From the NCBI GenBank assembly GCA_036172245.1, contig JAYWIR010000005.1, positions 5,146,001 through 5,210,000 of the forward strand: a stretch of DNA of 64,000 bases, read 5' to 3'. Below are positions 39,601 through 52,160 of the stretch, one piece after another (positions within the stretch are counted from its first letter, which is position 1; every line of letters begins with the position of its first letter). Below the pieces are notes generated by a model. The model saw only the letters and a list, made by a program, of their open reading frames with translations, ran no database searches and was not told where the DNA came from. The translations under genes and the position numbers were made by a program. Source of the DNA: Raillietiella orientalis (Eukaryota).

Positions 39601-42600
39601 GTTCATCCTAAATCCCCATGATCTCTAGAAGCCAACAAGGAACTTCATAGTCAATGTTTGGCCTCCGATCTGCTGCCTTTGGAAATGTCACTTTAACCGA
39701 CGTCTGTGTCAGCAGATTCGCAAAATCACCTGAGATTCCTTGTTGTCAAAAGAGAGAGGAAAATGAAAAGAGTTTGTCTGCTCGAAGTATTTTTGTTCAA
39801 ACTTGTTGTATTCCTGCTTTCGATTTCCAGATATGATTGTTTTGATGGTTACAGTAAGTGCGCAAAGAGATCAATGTTCACATTCTTGTATTTGCATTCA
39901 AGTTGATGATGCTCATCTCATCAGTAAGATTTTGATCATGGACAGTCGTTTGAATGAGCAACTGAGGAGGCAGTTTAGCACATGGTGCGACATGTTTGTA
40001 CCATTGCTCTAAGTAGCTGGAATCTCCCAACTGGCTTGGTTTTCCGTTATTTCCAACTCCAGCAGCCAGGTTGTTGCTCTCGGCTCCTTTAGTCATCTCA
40101 GCAGCAAGATTGCTATATTCTGCTTCCGTGCATCTTGAGTTATGGGGTTTCTGATAAATTGAGCTATGTTTGTTGTGATTGCCTCCCACCCTTGTACTGA
40201 AAAAACAGTATCTCACTTTGAATCTCGACCCTTTTTTTTTTTAGCAAGTATTTGGCAGGATGGTAATCACGTGCCATCTCATTTTAATGGCCATCTTAAC
40301 GAAAGTCAGCATGGTATGCAGGTTTTTGATAGCTGGATTTCCTGTTTTGCATTCCTTGAGAACGAAAGTGGAAGCTTCTTGACAGTTCTAATTTTCCCGA
40401 GACCTATGGTTCGAATTTCTGGGTTCTATTTTCTTTCTGGAGAGAAAATAGCGCAGGATCTTCCTCTCCGCTTGCATGAGGAATGACTCGAGCTGACATG
40501 GATCGCACGTTTCCTTCCTGTCTCGTGCCTGATGAGCGCTTCGACGTGTTAGATAAGAACGAGTACTTGTGCTATTGGTGTGACAAAGTCAAAAAATGCA
40601 CCGGAAGGGGAGCCGTGTGTTGCCTGCGGACCTCATGCTCCTCCATTCTCCGAAAGCAATCTGTGCGACCGAGATGGAAGTGATGGGTAAGCTCAGAAAC
40701 CTACTGGTCCATTTTTTCTGTCCTTCCCCATGAGCGCGGGCTAGTTCCGGGAATCCATTTCTCAAAGACGAATGAGTGGGTAATGGACGATGACCCGATA
40801 TTCCTATTTTGTTTCACATCAAGCGCAGCTCCATCCCGCCGTCACTCTCTCGAGCCATCAGCCACGCGTCCTCGCTTTCCTGATTAGAATGTGCTCGTGA
40901 GTGTCTTTCTCACTTCGTGAGCGACTTAAGGCTTCATGAGTACTGCTGGAGATGGAAACGCTTTAGGAATGTTAGGTTGTCTTGAGAAAGCTCCCCCTAA
41001 AATCAAATGCTTAAAATTATTCGAATTGCAGTAAGTCCTCTTTAACGCAGGGGTTACGTTCTATGCACTAGGAATCCGCGTTGCTGGAGTCCTATGGGTT
41101 ATACTTGCATAGCATGATATTATTTATAAAGGATAAAAAATCTTACCTGAACTTTCTAATAGTTGATTATCTTTTAGTGCACTTTGAAACAAAAGGGATC
41201 TGTTTATTATTTAACTTCAAGTGAAAAGAAGCTTTTAGGGTTTTGTGGATCTTTAATTTATTCACACAATTCTGTAGTTGCTGCTCTATCGTTTTCTTCG
41301 TCAAGTGATCTTGCACTATCTGATTCAGGAAAATATGAATTAAATAAGATTCAAAATCATCTGTTAGTGTTCTTTTTGAAAATAGCTGAACTCATGCTAT
41401 ACATAAAAGTAAAATGTACCCACATGACACGTGGGACTAATTTACCCCGTTATACGAAGGCTGTCGCCATTTTTTCGTCGCGTTACACGAAAGTGTGTTT
41501 TACGGAGTGTCTGCTGTATTTCGAATCTGGCGAGTTGCCTAGGAACTGGATAGCCGTTTCCTGCTTAGAGAATCCTCTTGTGGCAATCGGATGTTTCACT
41601 TTATGGTAATCTAAGATCACTTGCATCCATTTATTCAAAGCAAAGAAACCATCAACTTGAGAAAACCTTGGATTTAAGCGATTACTATTATTATTAATAG
41701 CCTGCACTCCTCTTAGATCTTCGTTTTGCAGTATTTGTGTTCTTCGTAGAAAGAGAATGGTTTAGAATTCATCCTGATTGAGAACCACCACAAAAACTCT
41801 GCGGGGAAAAAACATCATCGCAACAAAAAGGCATTTTGCTACAACTTATCAACCAGGTTGACCCGTTTCAGGCGAAGGATCTCCCATAGTCATAGGAGTA
41901 GCAATAGTAGGTGCCCCTTATGGCTTCTCCATTCACAACCGCCATATATCCAACTTTTTTTTTTTTGTCACGATCTATCCCACTGTTTCATCGTGGAGTT
42001 CCACGATACATTCTGCGCCAGTTTGAGATGGAAAATTGAAGATTCTTCTCATGCTACACACCTTTTGACATGAGATGAACGTGTTGGTAAGTCTACATGG
42101 ATGTGGTTCTTTAGTGAGTTAATACCATTTGGCATGTTCTAGGAAGTCCTCTGGATGATGACGATACCTTGTCTCCTAGTGGCATCCTCGTATTTACTGG
42201 AAAAGAGTAAAGAGGGAATGTGCGAGGAATCAACGTTTCTCACGCTCCATGCACGGACAGAGAGGCCTGAAAATACTCCCGTTTAGGATGAGCAGGAGCA
42301 CAAAACGGATTATCAAGGAAAATCCAAACTCACATGAGTGATGAAGGAGAACGGAAAGTGGTTACTGTGATGCACAAAGTCTTCACACACCATTTTTGGG
42401 TCTTATTATTGAAACGAATTTTTTTCTTTGGTGCACGCGGAGGCAAGGTCACGTGCTGGCATGCTGCACCATGGAAATAGCGAATAGAATGTAGACAACT
42501 ACAAATAACTAGAATTGACGACTGTTACATCATATTTGATTTCTACTGGCATCAGTTTTATTGGAATATCGAAATTACATGCAGGGCTTCAAATAAACAT

Positions 42601-43268
42601 TTGTTTGCATGAGGTGAATGCATGAGTCGCTTCGTGTTTTCTTTGTCAAGGTATATGTTTTTAAATGCTTATAAGATGTAATCATCTTCTAGAGTTTTAA
42701 TGATGATCTGATTTGATGATCTGATTCTATGTTCCTAACATTCTTTCCCACCTTTGATCATTTTAAAATTAAATTATGTGCTAGGTTCACATTCTTTTAA
42801 AACGCGTTTACAAGTTTTTTCTCCTAAAAGAACAAGAAATATTGGAAATATCCATTAAAGACAATCTTTACTCAAATTCAAAGAAGAAGAAAAGATTGAA
42901 ACAAAAGGCTAGAGGGACTAGAGGTATAACAGAATATAGAAAACACATGCAATAGTAATTTATAGAATCAAGTAAGAATTTGCAAATTCCATTCTACCTA
43001 ATATAAGGAATTTGATTTCTACGAAGAGTAATTTGCTGTTTTATTGTGTTTTTATTTTGCTCTTTTGTTTTACCTTTTCAATTCTTCTTTATTCATAAAG
43101 TCAAGTGATCAAATATGGTAGCCTTGTTTCTCTGAGATTTGTCGTGATTGTTGCGATTTCCCAAGTGCGTAACGTAATGCTTTAGTTTACGGGTTGTATC
43201 TCTTTCGTGTTGCAAACCAAGAATAGTGGCAGTTACAACTCTGTGTTTTCATCCTGACATTAAAAAAC

Positions 43269-44607
43269 ATGGATACGAGAGTACTTTCGATGAACGATGA
43301 TGATTGTTTTCAAAGAGAACTGCTTACAGCTGGGAGAAAATTAATGATTGTTGATTTTTATGCCCATTGGTATCGTTTTGAGTATTCATGGTTTCTAGTA
43401 ATCGATTTGCCCCTTTCGTTCAGGAACTTTTCTGTGCTAAATTAATGCTAACCCTCAGTGCTTCCTTTTAAAGCATTTGTCATTCTTACTGTTTTCATGC
43501 CAATGTGTATAGCTTCCGGTATTGTTTGCAGTTGTTCATTTAAAATGCAGTAAATTGTTTTGTAACATACAATGCATATATTGAGATTAAAAAAAGTGTG
43601 TTTTTTGCAACTGGTAGGTGTACTCCCTGCCACAGGATTGCTCCAGCACTGGTGCACTTTGCAAATAAATATCCAAATGCCATATTCTTGAAAATCGATG
43701 TCGATAGATGCCCCAGGACAGTACTGAAAGAAGGAATTACAGCGATGCCGACATTTGTATTTTATAAAGATAAAGTTAAGTGTGTGACCCATAGTTTGTA
43801 GTCACAGGATGAATAATTTATAGGTTCGTGTGGATGTCTTGCAAGGTCCCACTCCTGAAGCTTTAGAGATCAAAATTAAAGAGCATTATGTGGAAGCTGT
43901 AGCAGAAGAATATCCTCCTGGTCAAGTACGTAGACGTGTTTCCCCCTGGAGGAGGTTCCTCAGGATCTGCAAATGTTGCACCTAGTTCTTTACCCATCCT
44001 TTCCTTTTTGTAACCCAATTTAGCCCAATAAATAAGAATAGAATTTGTTTTATTTTCTCTGTAGATGGATCTGTCGTGCTTTTACAACAAAGCAGAATGT
44101 GAATGTTTTAATGAAGCAGAAGACCATGCACTTGCTCAGTGTCTAGATGCAAATGGAGTAGGCTTATGGTCAGATTGTGATGAACAGCTCATCATCAATC
44201 TGACATTTAATCAACCTGTACGGATTCATTCTCTGCAAATCAATGCACCCAAAGATGAAGGACCACGTGAAATTTGTCTGTTCCAAAATTTGCCACGTAC
44301 TTTGGATTTTAGCCAAGCTGAAAGTATGGAACCTGTTCAGACATTAGAGTGAGTAATCCAAAAGTATCAATTGTCGATGACCAGCTCGGTTTTCAGGTTG
44401 AAACCTGAAGATCTCGAAGGTTCCCCTATCGCACTTCGCTATGTACGTTTTCAAAATGTGCTCAATCTTCAGCTCTTCATTGCAAACAATCAAGGAAATG
44501 GTTCACGCACCAAAATAGACCGCCTCGTGGTGTTTGGTTCTCCTCTAGTGGCCACTAATATGGGCGACTTCAAAAGAGTGTCAGGAAAGAAAGGAGAAAG
44601 TCATTAG
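43269..44607 (+). CDS. TXNL1: Thioredoxin-like protein 1 (thioredoxin plus PITH domain), 5 exons, 284 aa
   Basis: Exons 43269-43369, 43618-43774, 43824-43925, 44065-44348, 44397-44607. Motifs: [27 protein letters not shown]...[16 protein letters not shown]...[14 protein letters not shown], and C-terminal [18 protein letters not shown]. Confidence 0.96.
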
Positions 44608-44644
44608 CATTTTAGTGCAAGTATATTTTTGTGTGCCTGCAGAA

Positions 44645-47600
44645 CTAGTGCTCCATCTCAGACAAGGGAAAGGGGGATGGGCAGCTACTGCTGGTGTAAG
44701 AACAGTCACTGCCCACTGGACTTGCTGCAACAGCATCCATTACAAGTGGTGGGGTGCCATTTGGTGTTCGAAAATTTGTGTTGATCATTTGGCTTAAAAA
44801 TGCATCTAATTGTCTCAAAGACAGAGAATTATGGAGTGTCTCCAAGGGTCTGATCGGGGGGACTCCACTATAGCTTCCTCCTTCTGGAACTGCATGTGTT
44901 CAGAAATTTGACTATCATGCCTACCACCATATCCTATGATCCCTAGGCCTCCTGTTTTGAACGCCGTAGGTCTTTCTGATCCACTTATCACAGCTGTGCT
45001 GAAGAGTGGGGGTAGTGTAGCTGGAGAACTAGATGACTGGACCTTCTTTTTGTTTCCGGTTTTTTCTCTCTCCTCATAGTACACCTTACTGATGATATCA
45101 CTGTCTCTGCCAAAACGATGACAAGATCGATGCACCTTCATATATAACAGAAAATTCTGTACCTTTGCAGATGCAAGCATGCAGATAGTGGATCTGTTAG
45201 CTCCTGTAATGTGTCTCTGCTTCCCAAGGCAAGATCCTCGGTCATCGTTTGCTCCTAAAAGGGAATAGCACACGCCACAATGAAATTTCTTTGATACCTG
45301 GTATCTTTCCTCTCCATCGGAATCCTGTGAAAACAGTTCCTCTTTGGAAGCCACTTCCACTTTCTCCTGTCAACAAAGGTTTCAGAACATCAGCTCTAGC
45401 AAAGTGTTTCAGGTACGCACCAGTTCGTTGCAACTGCTAGGTCGGAATCCAGGGCCCGGCGGAAAATTTTTTTGAATGCAGCACATCACCCCAGGACTGA
45501 AGTGCAGTTCAATGTGGAACCTGAGTTCCTATGGAGACTTTAAATCATCAAAAATGGAGTTTTATACCTTTCTTCGGACGACAGGTCCTTGGTGGGGTCT
45601 TCCATTAGCAGAATTACGATTTGGGTCATGTAATTAAGTTCGGACACGGCACTAACGTACTCCATTGCGCGTTCCCATTGTTTGTCCTCCCCCTGTAACG
45701 AATGTACAGTACACCTTTCGTACACATTATGAGTGAACACACTTTGACTAGGCCGCCGAAACGTAACATAGTTAATAAGGAATGAATGTGCGATTCACTA
45801 GTGAAATAAAGACGCGTTCTGACGTGTCGTTCAGGGGATGTCACTCCCAGAGAATACTTTGGATTGAGACGGTTGACTGATTCTTCCTCCTCTGGTTCCA
45901 AGTTTCGCTGCAGATCTGTTCGTAGTTTTTTAAGAAGTGGAACACAAATGCCTTGTGCAATGGTTAGTTTCTCTTGACACGTCATTCCGTACTCCTACAA
46001 GGGTCCGAAGTAAGGGTGACCGGTGCGGAAATGAATTCACCTGTGGTACCACGATATCGGCCAGATTTTTCGCATATGCGTACAATTCCATAGAGCGCTT
46101 GAACTGAATGCTGTGCTGGTTGTGCTGGAAATCGTATTTGATGCAGTCGTAGATGTCCGGGATCTTGGACAGATCGAACTGATGATTCCTCTGCAAAAAA
46201 TCTTTCTCCAGCTTTTGCCAGCGCTGCATCATCATTTCCCATGTCTCGCCGTAATACAAGGAGGAATCTGAGGATTCCAGCCATCAAGGATAAAATAAAT
46301 AAATGCTTCTCGACATACTCTTGGTCTTTGGATCTTGACTCTTGTGGCGAATCAGCTGGATGAATTGGTTGATGAGTTGGTGGATGTGCTCGCAGGCTCT
46401 GTAGGGATTTCTGATTTTCGTCAAAGCAGCCTGGATGCTGATGGAGTTGGTAGGGTTCAAAATTCGGATGTCTTCTTCCGTGAAGTCCCTGTCGCGCTGC
46501 AGGATCCCATGAAGGTGCATTTTCACTCTTCATGGGGGAAGATTCGATGACGGGCAGGGAATTCTGGAACAGACTTACCTTTTTTGAAACTTGGAGGAAT
46601 CACAGTCGTTGTCCAGCAGACCGTTAGTGTTTGCAGACTTGACCATTTGAACAAGAATCGGAGTGAGCTCGCCTTCCAGGGCCAGTAAACCTTTCGCGAA
46701 GGCAGCTGCAGTCATTTGCACACGGCCCTCGTCGGACGCATATATTTTTAGGTCGTGCCGAAAAGTGGAGTGCAGGCGCAACAAGCCGAGGCCTTCGTTT
46801 CCTGGAAAGCAGCGATTCTAGGTGGCAGCGGACAGCGACGGTTCCTGCCTTGTCCTCCGGGGTACATCCAGCGAAACATCCGCCCTATTTCTTCGGCCTG
46901 AACTCGTCCCGCTGGGGTCAGTTCTCCTCCCCACTTCAGCACCAGGAGCAGCGAAGGCACCCGCTCTCCGAGAGACCTGCTCTCCTTCGCCACATTCGAG
47001 CACGCCTGATTCTCGCTTCCTAATGAAGAAGTGAGTCGGCGGACTCATAAAAGCTCCTTGGTGATTGCGGCGAGATGTGTCACCTGTGCTGCTTCGATCA
47101 CAATCGTCGCTGCTTGAGCCACGCCGACGACCCAAGGGCTGTTGTTTCAGCTGCACTTTGCGGTTGATGCCGGAAAAATGCCCGTACCTGAAAATTAACG
47201 AACGCATCGCCTCCCTCCAGTCAGAAGGAAGAGAACGAGCATCGGGAATTACATTTCCAGGACGCTCTTCAACTGTTCCAGCTTCTCCTCCTTCTCTTCG
47301 ATTTCGAGGAGAGAGGACTTGTGCTCGATGTCGGCCAGCAGACCACGAGTGATGTCCAGAATCTCCTGAAGCTGCTGGGGTTGTTTCAGTTTCACGTGAC
47401 CGCCTATGTAGCCTCCATACTTGGAGAATATCTCGAAGTACCTAAGTGGGGAGGAGAATGGATCCATAGCCACTTTTTTTCTTTTCTTTTATATTCTGTT
47501 TACTTGGGATGCCGGACGATCATCTTCATCTTCTGCTTCGGTGTCCGGTCCCCATGGCGAATGATGGCGCATACGCAGCGCAGTTCCATCCTGCAACGTG

Positions 47601-50600
47601 CGAGCGCGCGCGTAAATGCACTGATTACACACAGACATCGAGCAATATATTACATTTTTCCAACGGTAGTTGGCACGATAGGAGGATCGTCGAGCTGAAA
47701 CGGGATCGACCAAGGGATCTGGAGCGTGGGAGCCAACTCCCGGAGGATCATGTTTCCCAGCAGCTTCGCGCAATCGTCATAGTACTTATCCGAATTCTTC
47801 ACGAAACTGAACCCGTTGACGTCGCAAACGTAGGACTTGCCGTTCGCCCTTGAAAGAGAAGCTCTATTGCTGCTGCTCTTCCATCCCCCTTTCCCATTCC
47901 TTCTTCGTCTTCGCGGCCAGCGCGCGGGAGCATTTCGCGAGCGTTCACCTGAGCAAGTCGAAGCCGCACACTGTCTGGTGGAAAGCCAGGCAGACCTTCC
48001 TTGCGATCAGTTTCTCCGAGTTGCTCAGGATGACAGGGTAGCGGACCTCTTTCCCTTGAAGGTCCCGTTCCACCTTGCCGTCCAGCGCCGGGGATTTGCG
48101 TGCCTCCGCGTGGGCGTAGTCGGGGCCGACCGTGTAAACCTGTGCGCCGAGAATCGTAAAACCAGCTCGTGGAGCGGAAGCGAACCTTCACGTCCGTACC
48201 ATCCGTAGGCATGAAATCTTCGTAGATGTAGGACCCAGTCTTGCGCACTCGCGACTCTGGGCTGTATACGCTGCTCCGACTTCCTATCTAACAGCCCCAG
48301 CCTTCGTGAACCCTTTGGCCCTCCTTTTGGGAGAGTTTCAATAGTCACCTTCCGGAATAGTCGCTGGCTGCCACCGCCAGCGGAAGAAGGGTAATAGATG
48401 TAGATATTGTGGTCCTCGGCGGAGACGGGCTTCTCCACGAAGGGCTTTTCGAATACGATCCCGTTCACCTCCACGCTGTCCTCCTTCTCTATGAGGGTGT
48501 TTTCTGTTCGGGTGCGCAGACCTTCGTGGAAAGGAACCAGCGTGGAGTAGAACTTCCTACCGAAAAGGCTGCGGGAGTCCCTGTTGAGAACGGCGTAACG
48601 AGGCAGCTGAATCCCCTCTCTCTTCAGGGTCGCGTACACCTTGCGCCTGTCCTGAAAGAGAGCAAGTGCGACCCGTTTTCCCGAGGGACGGGTTTCGAGG
48701 AACTGACGCTACCTGCAAATCGAACTGCATCTCCAGATTGTTGATGATGAAAGGCTTGCGCAGCTTCGCGTAAGCAATGGCTTTTTCCAAGGGAAACCCT
48801 TTGGAATGGAAGGAAATTAAGCAATCGCACAGAGGCCAAGCCGTAATGGGTTCCTAGAGAGCCAAACAAGAGCACGTGAACATCGGGCACCGTTTGACCA
48901 GCACCCGGGTTTATTCCTGCAGCACAGAAGGATCCCTCACCGACTGCTTATTCCCTCAGTCTAAGACACCTATCCCTCACTTTTGCCCTTATGTTTCGCA
49001 GAAGAAAAAAAAAATTACCAAGCATCGTTTGACCATGCTATTGGCAAGATTCAAACGGGCGCAAGAATATTGGCGGCAAGAGTAAACCATCAAACCGAGA
49101 TGAGCAATTCTTTCCGTTTGATCAAATGATCAAGAGCTAAAAAAGAAACCGCGCGCTCACACACACACGCGTACGTGTGATGTCATGTGTGTGTGCGTGC
49201 GAAGACTCTTATCACAGGAGAACAAGCCAAGTAGGCAAAGTCACGAGATGCGAGGGCACATGTGCGGACACTTGGATGACCGTCTATTTCCAATGAGCAA
49301 CTTCCGTTGGATGCGACGTATGGCTCCGTGAAAAGAATTTTCGCTTTCACAAGAGCTCTTAATCCCTATTTCTATCTCCCCCACCCTGAGAACTTTCTAC
49401 GGGGAGCTTTCTGACCGCAGTTTCCTGTGGAACCTGATTGTGGCCAAGCGAGGCCCCGGGAACACACTTGGAATGCAAACAAAAGACTGCCCCAGAGGGG
49501 AGGAGCTCGAAAGACGAACGGAACGGTCAAAAGCGCTCTTGGAGCCAACTTCACGCCCGCTAAATAGCTATTTTCGCTCGTGTCCCATTCAAATAAAAAA
49601 AACTCTGAAAAAGCAACTATTTATGAATGCAAATTCTTTATAACAAAAGGGATTTCTCGATTTCATCTGTTGGTCTTTCCGTGTTCGCATACGGCTAGTT
49701 TACTTCCAGTTATTCATTGGTATGTTTCAGACTGCTACTACAGGCAGACGCATGAAACGCATATATGTATGTATGTATAGATAGATAGACAGATAGAGAG
49801 TTATACATGTACACTCGTATCCTCGTATCATGACATGTTTACACTTCTCATATGCTATACCAATGAATTATGCTTTGTGGAAAACACTTTTAGGGAATGG
49901 GATCTCTATGAGTAGAAGACATTCAGTTTCCTCAGCGGAGCGAATGGTGAAAAATTCCAAGCATGCAAGTGCATGGCATGTGAAGTGCACCGAATCACTG
50001 AACCCCCTACGTGAGGGCGGGAGCTGGATTTCGATCTCTGAAGCGGGCACGAACCTTTCCGATACGCGAAGAATGATTTCAGGGAAGTTCTTCCCGAATT
50101 CGGGAGAATGCGGTCGGTCTCAGAGTGAGAAGATAATGGCACATGAAAGCACTGGAGGGGGAAGGCGGAGGAGAAGCGGGGAAAACTTCAAAGAAAACGA
50201 CGAGTTTCACAATCAGACAGAGTTCAGCATTTTCCGGCGGGTTGCTGCTCTTCGCGTTTACGATGATGATCGGGTGCCACATCGGAAAAAAAAAAAAAAA
50301 AAAAGGGAAACCAGGGATGAAGATCGGAATGTGAAGGAATGTCCACCTTAGGAATTCCGCATCCTACAAAAGCTCTAAGAGTTCCTGAACAAAACGCAAC
50401 CAATAGGCAGCCCCGCTACGTTCCCTGCTTCATGTGAACATCCTCGTTAACATTATCGATGGTTTCCTGCTTACGCGCTCTGCTGAATGCTTTAGAAATG
50501 ATTAAGCACACTGCACGTGAACGGTGTTCCACGACGGCATGACATTCATCTTTATTTATGCGCGTGCTTAAGAAACCCCACTGCCGTAATACGTGTATAT

Positions 50601-51160
50601 AGAGTCAAGCTGCCTATTACTATCACGATTACAGAATGAACAACAAAATCTCCCTTTTATTCGGCAACGCAACTCCCTGCAATGGAAGTTTTTTCTATTT
50701 GGTTATGAGCAACTCTTAACATGTGATTGTGAAATTCTATCATTCTAATTGCAATCATTCATTACTGCAGTCTTCAGAAAAAGCATGGCGTGAATATTTA
50801 AATGTATCGTATGTAAGATTAATAGAAAGAGGCCGTTGCTCACCCAAACACAGTTCGCATGTCTCACATCTGAAAGAGCGCAACGGACCAGCTACTGAAA
50901 GATAGCTGCTCAAACAAGATAATCAGGATAAAAAAAGCTTTTCAGGCAAGAACCCAATCAAGTGCCTTTCTTATAAATAGAGGACTCACATGCAGAATCG
51001 TGTACTCATCGAAAACCACGGTGCTGATATACTGGAATTCTTCCAAACGACTCAGAATGGCTTTCATGGGCTTTGAAGAGGACTTTTTCCCCATGGCGCA
51101 GATTCCAAAAACAACCTGTTTCTCGGGTTTGTTTTTGTCTCCAGCAGATGAGGTGGTATC
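44645..51160 (-). CDS. PPIP5K: Inositol hexakisphosphate and diphosphoinositol-pentakisphosphate kinase (PPIP5K/VIP1), at least 21 exons and 1104 aa; start codon further upstream, not located
   Basis: Exons (minus): 51160-50990, 48853-48713, 48651-48561, 48503-48349, 48287-48186, 48139-47949, 47848-47654, 47590-47504, 47441-47253, 47187-47084, 47019-46849, 46801-46579, 46527-46319, 46267-46041, 45994-45743, 45692-45568, 45520-45421, 45366-45298, 45254-45163, 45106-44925, 44883-44645; phases join. Kinase motifs: [30 protein letters not shown]. Phosphatase motifs: [19 protein letters not shown]-terminal motifs: [23 protein letters not shown]. Confidence 0.96.
49830..50040 (+). mobile_element. 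Decayed LINE RT fragment in a PPIP5K intron
   Basis: [24 protein letters not shown]...[11 protein letters not shown] resembles FxDFxxAFDxVxxxxLWxxLxxxGI...TExF..GVRQG. By eye only. Confidence 0.35.
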
Positions 51161-51599
51161 CTGAAAGCGGAGTCTCAGGATGTAAGCAAGCATTTTGTAT
51201 GTGCAGAAGAAGGCAAACATCTTTTTTCTGAAAAATGTAGATTGTTTCCAAGGACCGGTTCTTTATGCATTTTATTTAGCTACCGAAAGAGTGCTTTTTG
51301 CTATCGACAAAAATGTGGCACAACGTTCACTATACGTCTTGTTCTCTAAAACAGTGCAGATCTTTGATTCAAAGTTTTGCGACACTGAGATTGGCGAATT
51401 TTTCGGAATTCGTGGAGCTGTCGAAAATTCGAACTTTTGGCAAAGTACACTCACGAGGCCAGACGAAATGAACACCTGAAACGCTCGGCTTTGATAACAG
51501 GACACTCTTGAACGAGGCACACGAGCGCAGCATGAAAACACCTCAAGCTTGACAAGGCTACCATGCAATAAACATCGAAATCCCCAAATCCACCGACTG

Positions 51600-52160
51600 C
51601 GAAACGTCGCGAATGTCAATGCATACATTGTGAAAGTTTATTCTGATAGACCGCCATCAAACGTCTGAAAGCCAACGGCACCTGTGCTTCCCCTAAAAAA
51701 CCGCACACCCAAGCATGTACAACGAATGACATTCGAGGAACCCGATCTCCCATACGGCCACTGTGATTTGTTTCCATACAATGCTTTCTTTACATCTACG
51801 CATAAAACACATGCTAGTACCTTAATGGAATGGATCCACAACGTACACAGTTGTACTTGAAGGTCACGAGCCATTTCGATCAGAGGATTATTTCGCGTGC
51901 ACTCTGATAAGGTCGCCAACGAATAAAGGAAAGACACCAGAGAGGATTCCAATACTTAGAAGGGATACCAGCAACAGGAGGAAAAAAAACGAAAGATAGA
52001 AAAGCTAGCTTTAAACCACAGACTTCAATTCCAATTTTCCACTGCTACCTGTACCTCGTTGCTCTCAAAATATTCTGGACGCTTGCTGAAACCCTCAAAG
52101 TGGGCATTCTACAATGAGGCATCTCCTACAGAAGGAAATGGAGCAATTGAACAAGGCCGG
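51600..52160 (-). mobile_element. Decayed LINE RT fragment upstream of the first found PPIP5K exon
   Basis: SIAPFPSVGDASL*NAHFEGFS (IxPIxKKGDxSxxxNYRGIS-like), VLCVDVKKALYG (FVDFKKAFD-like), GGLSE*TF. By eye only. Confidence 0.35.

Noticed and set aside
44815..44924. PPIP5K ending at the 44815 stop of ORF 44815-45360
   Set aside because: A 41-nt intron (44884-44924) restores the conserved [14 protein letters not shown] frame, which ends at 44645.
52049..52108. Phase-0 candidate upstream PPIP5K exon (NAHFEGFSKRPEYFESNEVQ)
   Set aside because: It falls inside an apparent LINE RT remnant and has no homology support.
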